From Litorivicinaceae bacterium (GTDB lineage Bacteria; Pseudomonadota; Gammaproteobacteria; Pseudomonadales; Litorivicinaceae), in contig JBMZTF010000001.1 in assembly GCA_049623565.1 (NCBI GenBank), forward strand, positions 1 through 46,060: a DNA stretch of 46,060 nucleotides, given 5' to 3'. A program made the translations under genes and the position numbers. Numbering within the stretch: the first letter of the stretch is position 1; each line of letters starts with the position of its first letter. Shown here piece after piece: positions 41,591-46,060 of this stretch. A model generated the notes under the pieces. That model saw nothing but the letters and a program-made list of their open reading frames with translations, was not told the origin of the DNA and made no database searches.

Positions 41591-42625
41591 CTAGTTCGAG
41601 TGCCCGCGCGTTGGCCTCTCTGGCCCCAAGAGCACGGCTAGCCACCGATACTTTGGTGATTCTTCAAACGCAAGCTTTGCGGTCATCGTAAGTGGGATAG
41701 CTAAAAGAATGCCGACAATCCCCAGAAGCCAGCCCCAGAATACCAAGGACAAAAACACGACCATCGGAGAAAGTCCAAGTCCTTGCCCCTGCAGGCGTGG
41801 CTCAATGATTTGCCCTAGTGAGACATTGACACCAAGATATACGGCTGTGGTTAGGCCAGCTGACCCAAGGCCGAACTCTAGGAATGCCAGTATGACCGCC
41901 GGCACGCCCGCCAGAATGGATCCAAGTGTCGGGATGTAATTTAGTAAGAAAGCTAGTAAACCTAGAACGAAGGGGAAGTCGATACCTTCTGTGAGCATGA
42001 ATATCGTGACGGCTACGCCTGTAATGACACCTATCAACGTCTTTATAGCCAGATACTGATTTAGGTGCCTCATAAACTGCGTGAAAGCGATAAAAGGTTC
42101 GTGCTCGCCACGACCAAATGCGACCCTAACCTTCTGTGGCATGGAGGCCGCCTCCATCAAGATAAACACCACGATCAATAGAATCAAAAAGCCGTTAGTG
42201 AGTAGAGCGCCGAGAGCTGTCAGAAGGTTTGAAAGAAGCGTGAATACTCCCGAGGTATCGAGGGATTGGCGCAATTGATTGGCATCAATGGGAATATTAT
42301 AGCTCGCGGCCAATATCCAGAGTGATTCAAGTTGCTCGTTTAAGCGCGCCTCGTAGATCGGTGCTGCATCTCTAAATGCGTTAACCGAACCTCCAATAAC
42401 AGCGCTCAAGCCAGCTATCACAGAGAGAAGTAGAAGTAAAACAGTAAGCACTGATAGAACGTTAGGGATACCTTTTCGTTGCAGACCAATGGATAGCGGA
42501 GCTGAAATTAGTGCCACGAACAACGCGACCAATAGCATCACGATGATGGTGCTAGCTGTCTTTATGCCCGCTAGGACCACAACAAAAGCGGCTAAATTAA
42601 AAAGCCAACGTTCTCCAGTATTCAC
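41591..42625 (-). CDS. AI-2E family transporter (YhhT/TqsA-like)
   Basis: LNYIP.LGS, EPR..G..L.LSP..VFLSL.FWGWLLG..G..LA.PLT. Confidence 0.92.
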   Translation of the reverse strand: MNTGERWLFNLAAFVVVLAGIKTASTIIVMLLVALFVALISAPLSIGLQRKGIPNVLSVLTVLLLLLSVIAGLSAVIGGSVNAFRDAAPIYEARLNEQLESLWILAASYNIPIDANQLRQSLDTSGVFTLLSNLLTALGALLTNGFLILLIVVFILMEAASMPQKVRVAFGRGEHEPFIAFTQFMRHLNQYLAIKTLIGVITGVAVTIFMLTEGIDFPFVLGLLAFLLNYIPTLGSILAGVPAVILAFLEFGLGSAGLTTAVYLGVNVSLGQIIEPRLQGQGLGLSPMVVFLSLVFWGWLLGIVGILLAIPLTMTAKLAFEESPKYRWLAVLLGPERPTRGHSN

Positions 42626-42772
42626 TCGGGCCTCCTATGCTTGAATGTCCGATAGTGACTCTAACAAACAAGCCTTGGTTTGAATGCGCGTCATTATGCG
42701 CCGCCCGATTTTAACAGCACTTTTCGCATAAGCGTTGGTATTTAGGGTCGATTAAAACTTATTGGTGAAATA

Positions 42773-43453
42773 TCACCACCCGAGATAAACGCCAAGTAGT
42801 CCGTAGGCTCCTCCGACGCAAGCTATAAAAATAAAAAATCCACGAATAACGATCATTTTTGAGAATGGGTGTGGATGATCGGTTGGTTCGTCGGGTCCTG
42901 ATTTTAATCCTGTGATCATTCCTTGGATCAGCCGCTCTTTTATTACAATTTGATGCCAGAGGACTGCTGCCACATGGACAATGACGATAATCAAGACCAG
43001 CTCGCTGAGTACCGTATGCGCGCGACTTGCTAGATCCACTATGCCCTCGGAGACGAGGGGCGCGAGAGGTCCAGAAAAGAATATATCATCAGACGATGTC
43101 ATTCCTGTCAGGGCTGTCAAGCCGATCAAGGTTATCATTAAGTAGATGGCAATTCCTCCGATCGCGGAATGTCCTGGGCCCCGCTCGGGTTCTTTACGCA
43201 AGAGGAGGGAGATACTATTCAGCGCCGCTTTGGGTGAGGGTGGCGGGAAGCTTGAAAAGCGAGCAAAGCGCGGACCGGTGAATCCCCAAGTGATCCGAAA
43301 AAGCACCCAACCACAGAGGAGTATCCCGACGGTCGCATGCGCGTCGATCAATTCGAGCTCTTTACCGGATATTTGCTGGAAGACGACTCCGGCAACGATC
43401 AACCAATGACCCAGGCGGACCCAAATATCCCAAACTGGTCGTAGTGCCGACAT
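42773..43453 (-). CDS. Cytochrome b/b6-domain (Ni/Fe-hydrogenase cytochrome b-like) membrane protein
   Basis: VWD..VRL.HW, H...G, R..WGF.G...ARF..F, GH..IG, H and HV.AV heme ligands, MITG.K. Confidence 0.85.
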   Translation of the reverse strand: MSALRPVWDIWVRLGHWLIVAGVVFQQISGKELELIDAHATVGILLCGWVLFRITWGFTGPRFARFSSFPPPSPKAALNSISLLLRKEPERGPGHSAIGGIAIYLMITLIGLTALTGMTSSDDIFFSGPLAPLVSEGIVDLASRAHTVLSELVLIIVIVHVAAVLWHQIVIKERLIQGMITGLKSGPDEPTDHPHPFSKMIVIRGFFIFIACVGGAYGLLGVYLGW

Positions 43454-43719
43454 ATTTGTCCTCTATTCAGTGCTACAGTTTTACTGCGCAGAGCAATGTT
43501 TAGGCCCGCAGTATATTACTGATCTGGCGTCTCTATCTTGTGCAACGACAGAGAATTATCGCACGAACGCCCTTGCTTAGCTGGTTCTGGGCTCCTTTCG
43601 TGAGTGTTTTATCAACTAAAATTGTCCGACAAAGATGGTGTGAATTTGTCGGGCCTACTCTGTTATCCCTCGCAGTCTGTGGCATGCTAATGGTGCATAA
43701 GTTCGAAACGTTAACTACA

Positions 43720-43772
43720 ACGGACGTGGCATAACGTTTCAGGGATGAGAATTTTCAACGGATTGAGGTGGA
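43720..43772 (+). promoter_or_regulatory. GGA-rich leader: putative CsrA-binding sites upstream of csrA
   Basis: ACGGA(43720), AGGGA(43741), ACGGA(43758) and GTGGA(43768), the last overlapping the GAGG RBS. Confidence 0.5.
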
Positions 43773-43774
43773 AT

Positions 43775-43969
43775 ATGCTTGTACTGACCCGGCGCGTGGA
43801 TGAATCGATCCGTATCGGCGATGATATCAGGATTACTGTGGTTAAGATCAAAGGGACGCAACAGATCTGTGTTGGTGTTGATGCGCCTCGCGATGTGCCC
43901 GTGTTACGCGAAGAACTACTCATGGGAAGTGCTGAAGTTTCTGACGACGCAGAATCTTCAAACTCGTAA
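43775..43969 (+). CDS. csrA: Carbon storage regulator CsrA/RsmA family (divergent)
   Basis: MLVLTRR..ESI.IGDDI.ITVV...[20 protein letters not shown] before ATG 43775. Confidence 0.85.
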   Translation: MLVLTRRVDESIRIGDDIRITVVKIKGTQQICVGVDAPRDVPVLREELLMGSAEVSDDAESSNS

Positions 43970-44030
43970 CATTTTAATTGATCCCCTAAATACGCGTATC
44001 ATCAAACCGCGGTGATATGCGAGTGCTTTA

Positions 44031-44642
44031 TTGAATTCAAACAAGACCATTTACATCCGTCCGGGCCTATCATTATATGTGATCCGACGGTGGTTGACTT
44101 CAAACGATGAACGAGAGCTTTTACATAGTCTTCAGGCTGAGCTTAGCTGGGTACAGGGTGAGATCACCCTTTTCGGGCGTTCGATTGATGAGCCTCGGCT
44201 GACGGCCTGGTGTGGCGATGTTTCGTATACCTACTCGAGGCGCGTTCTCGAGGAGCGACCGTGGCACCCACTACTTAGTAGGTTACGTAACGCTCTCGAG
44301 GCGCGGCTCCGGACCGATGGGGTGTCAACGCCCCATGGTTTGAATCATTGTTTTCTTAATTATTATCGAACTAATAACGACTCGATGGGGTGGCACCGTG
44401 ATAATGAGCCGGAGCTTGGTCGATACCCAGTGATCGTTTCATTGTCGCTTGGCGAACCGCGTCGATTTCGATTGCGAAAAAAAGCAGGCGACGGAATATC
44501 ACCACTCACATTTGACTTGGGTCATGGGGATTTGTTGGTGATGTATGGATTAACTCAGGCACACTGGGAGCATGCTTTGCTTAAAACGCGAAAGGAGCTG
44601 GGACCACGGATGAATATCACATTTCGATCGGTGGCCTCGTAA
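44031..44642 (+). CDS. AlkB-family 2OG-Fe(II) dioxygenase (alkylated DNA repair, ALKBH2/3-like)
   Basis: EPRLTAW, Y.YS, LNYYR...DSMGWHRDNE (HxD), WEH, RMNITFR. Confidence 0.9.
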   Translation: MNSNKTIYIRPGLSLYVIRRWLTSNDERELLHSLQAELSWVQGEITLFGRSIDEPRLTAWCGDVSYTYSRRVLEERPWHPLLSRLRNALEARLRTDGVSTPHGLNHCFLNYYRTNNDSMGWHRDNEPELGRYPVIVSLSLGEPRRFRLRKKAGDGISPLTFDLGHGDLLVMYGLTQAHWEHALLKTRKELGPRMNITFRSVAS

Positions 44643-45356
44643 ATGAGTCGGCGGATCTTATGTGTATTGCATCAGGCGCACTCGACAACGGGCCAGGTTG
44701 GTGTCGCCCTTAGGCAGCTCGGTCATCGTGTACAGATCATTCGTCCCCTCGTTGGGCAGCGGATTCCTAGACAAATTAATCAATTTGATGGACTGGTGGT
44801 GTTTGGCGGACCCATGAGCGCAAATGATGATCATCTCCTAGGGATTCGTACGGAGCTTCGATTAATTGATCGCTGGATACAGATGGACCGTCCTATTTGG
44901 GGAATTTGTCTGGGCGCCCAACTGATGGCAAGAGTTCTGGGGGCCCCGGTATATACACACCCAGATGAGCGGGTCGAGATCGGTTGGTACCCGATGCAGC
45001 CGATGGGGCATGGTAAACGAATCTTTGGTTCCCTTACCCATGTCTACCAGTGGCACCGAGAAGGATTTGAGCTTCCACATGGCGCGATCCGACTGGCAGC
45101 TGGGTCGGACGGGGCCTCATTCCGAGAGCAATCCTATCTAGTAGGTCAGCATGCATTTGCCACACAGTTCCATCCTGAGATGTATCCGAAAATGATGAAC
45201 CGATGGCTAACCAGGGCGGGCCACATGCTCGAGCTTCCTGGTGCGCTGGATATGAATAATCACCTGGGCGGTTTGGTACGCCATTACCCAAAGCAATCCC
45301 AGTGGTTGAGACGAACACTTAGGCGGTGGTTATCGTCACGCTTATGCCACGTCTGA
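44643..45356 (+). CDS. Class I glutamine amidotransferase domain protein
   Basis: FGGPMSAND, GICLGAQL, QWH.EGF.LP, QFHPE (Cys-His-Glu triad). Confidence 0.9.
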   Translation: MSRRILCVLHQAHSTTGQVGVALRQLGHRVQIIRPLVGQRIPRQINQFDGLVVFGGPMSANDDHLLGIRTELRLIDRWIQMDRPIWGICLGAQLMARVLGAPVYTHPDERVEIGWYPMQPMGHGKRIFGSLTHVYQWHREGFELPHGAIRLAAGSDGASFREQSYLVGQHAFATQFHPEMYPKMMNRWLTRAGHMLELPGALDMNNHLGGLVRHYPKQSQWLRRTLRRWLSSRLCHV

Positions 45357-45426
45357 CCAAAGATTTACGACCATTTGTCGATATTGATAAGACTGAAGAG
45401 TTTATTGATAGAGGTTGTCGCAACCC

Positions 45427-46060
45427 ATGCATGGATTACTTTTACTTACCGCGTTATTGACCTTGGGCTTTATAGGTTATGGGCTGTATCAGCTGAATCA
45501 GCGCGTGATGCGGCTCGAAGAAAAAAAGCGCCAGATAGTCCGTCAAAAGTCGGCCAAAGATGATGGGTTGAAAACAAAGAATACAAAGAAGGGTGACGAT
45601 ATTTTTCATGAGCTTGAGGGTGAAGAACTCTTTTATGCGCTCGCCGGGGAGTACCATCGAGAACTCGAATTCTCTGAAGATGCTAGAAAGCGCTTTGAAC
45701 TCGTGCTTCGGAAACATGTTCTTGAGGTGCTAGAGAAAGCCAAGGAAGGCCGGCGTGCGCTTGATTCGAAGACAATCATCCAGACCCTCAGGGGGCCTGT
45801 TCCCTCTTGGTTACCTCAGGATGTGGTGGGTTCTCTTTTGGTCCAAGGAGGACTGCTCGCGAAGAATCCGGAGGATGAGCGAGCTATCCAATCGATTCGA
45901 TCGACAATAGATCGCCTCTACACGCAGCTTGGCTATCACTCACCGGATGACCTTCTTGGGCTCGATGGTGACGAATCACGTGGCGCCGAACTTCCGTATG
46001 GAAAAGAGAAAGAGGAGAAAGAGGAGAAAGAGGAGAAAGAGGAGAAAGAGGAGAAAGAGG
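45427..46060 (+). CDS. Hypothetical membrane-anchored protein, 3' end runs off the window
   Basis: Not in the ORF track because it has no stop. Open for 211 codons from ATG 45427 (GAGG at 45411): MHGLLLLTALLTLGFIGYGLYQLNQRVMRLEEKK...TLRGPVPSWLP...PYGKEKEEKEEKEE. Confidence 0.75.
   Translation, partial: MHGLLLLTALLTLGFIGYGLYQLNQRVMRLEEKKRQIVRQKSAKDDGLKTKNTKKGDDIFHELEGEELFYALAGEYHRELEFSEDARKRFELVLRKHVLEVLEKAKEGRRALDSKTIIQTLRGPVPSWLPQDVVGSLLVQGGLLAKNPEDERAIQSIRSTIDRLYTQLGYHSPDDLLGLDGDESRGAELPYGKEKEEKEEKEEKEEKEEKE
46006..46060 (+). repeat. Perfect 9-bp tandem repeat (GAGAAAGAG) x6+, in-frame (KEE)n
   Basis: Six exact copies from 46006 to 46059, continuing to the window edge. Confidence 0.95.

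Noticed and set aside
43680-43745. Two TGGCAT motifs as sigma-54 promoters for csrA
   Set aside because: Neither has the GC dinucleotide at the required -12 spacing.
43970-44030. tRNA-Ser/Arg cluster expected after csrA
   Set aside because: Only 61 bp before the next gene, and no cloverleaf or TTCGA/CCA signature.
46006-46060. Terminal repeat as CRISPR array or mobile-element end
   Set aside because: 9-bp head-to-tail units with no spacers, no cas or transposase genes. It is an in-frame coding VNTR.

Overview
Gene-dense (many 4-98 bp gene overlaps) core-chromosome segment of a Gammaproteobacterium, probably a streamlined aquatic lineage (taxonomy is inference from gene content and protein style). 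It carries purM (partial), DUF2066-hda, recA, tauE-glcDEF, a quinone oxidoreductase, L,D-transpeptidase, mscS, csiV-mfd, pdxB, a sahR-metF-metH operon, two valine-catabolism-type genes, recX-alaS-lysC-tcdA, a DUF4198/HupE-UreJ/CDF metal module, an aa3-type cytochrome c oxidase cluster, azlCD, an AI-2E transporter, a cytochrome b, a divergent csrA, an AlkB-type oxygenase, a class I GATase and an orphan membrane protein that ends in a 9-bp tandem repeat at the window edge. I see no mobile element, CRISPR array, tRNA or rRNA. The strongest unannotated signal is the ~660-bp ORF-free gap at 40928-41590. Its left part has a three-DnaA-box core with DARS (DnaA-reactivating sequence) geometry plus IHF and Fis consensus sites, and its right part is ~300 nt rich in stems that may be an unannotated RNA. 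Other regulatory signals are an SOS box before recA, a SahR-type operator inside a probable leaderless promoter, and a GGA-rich csrA leader. All functional calls come from motif recognition only; no database searches were run.
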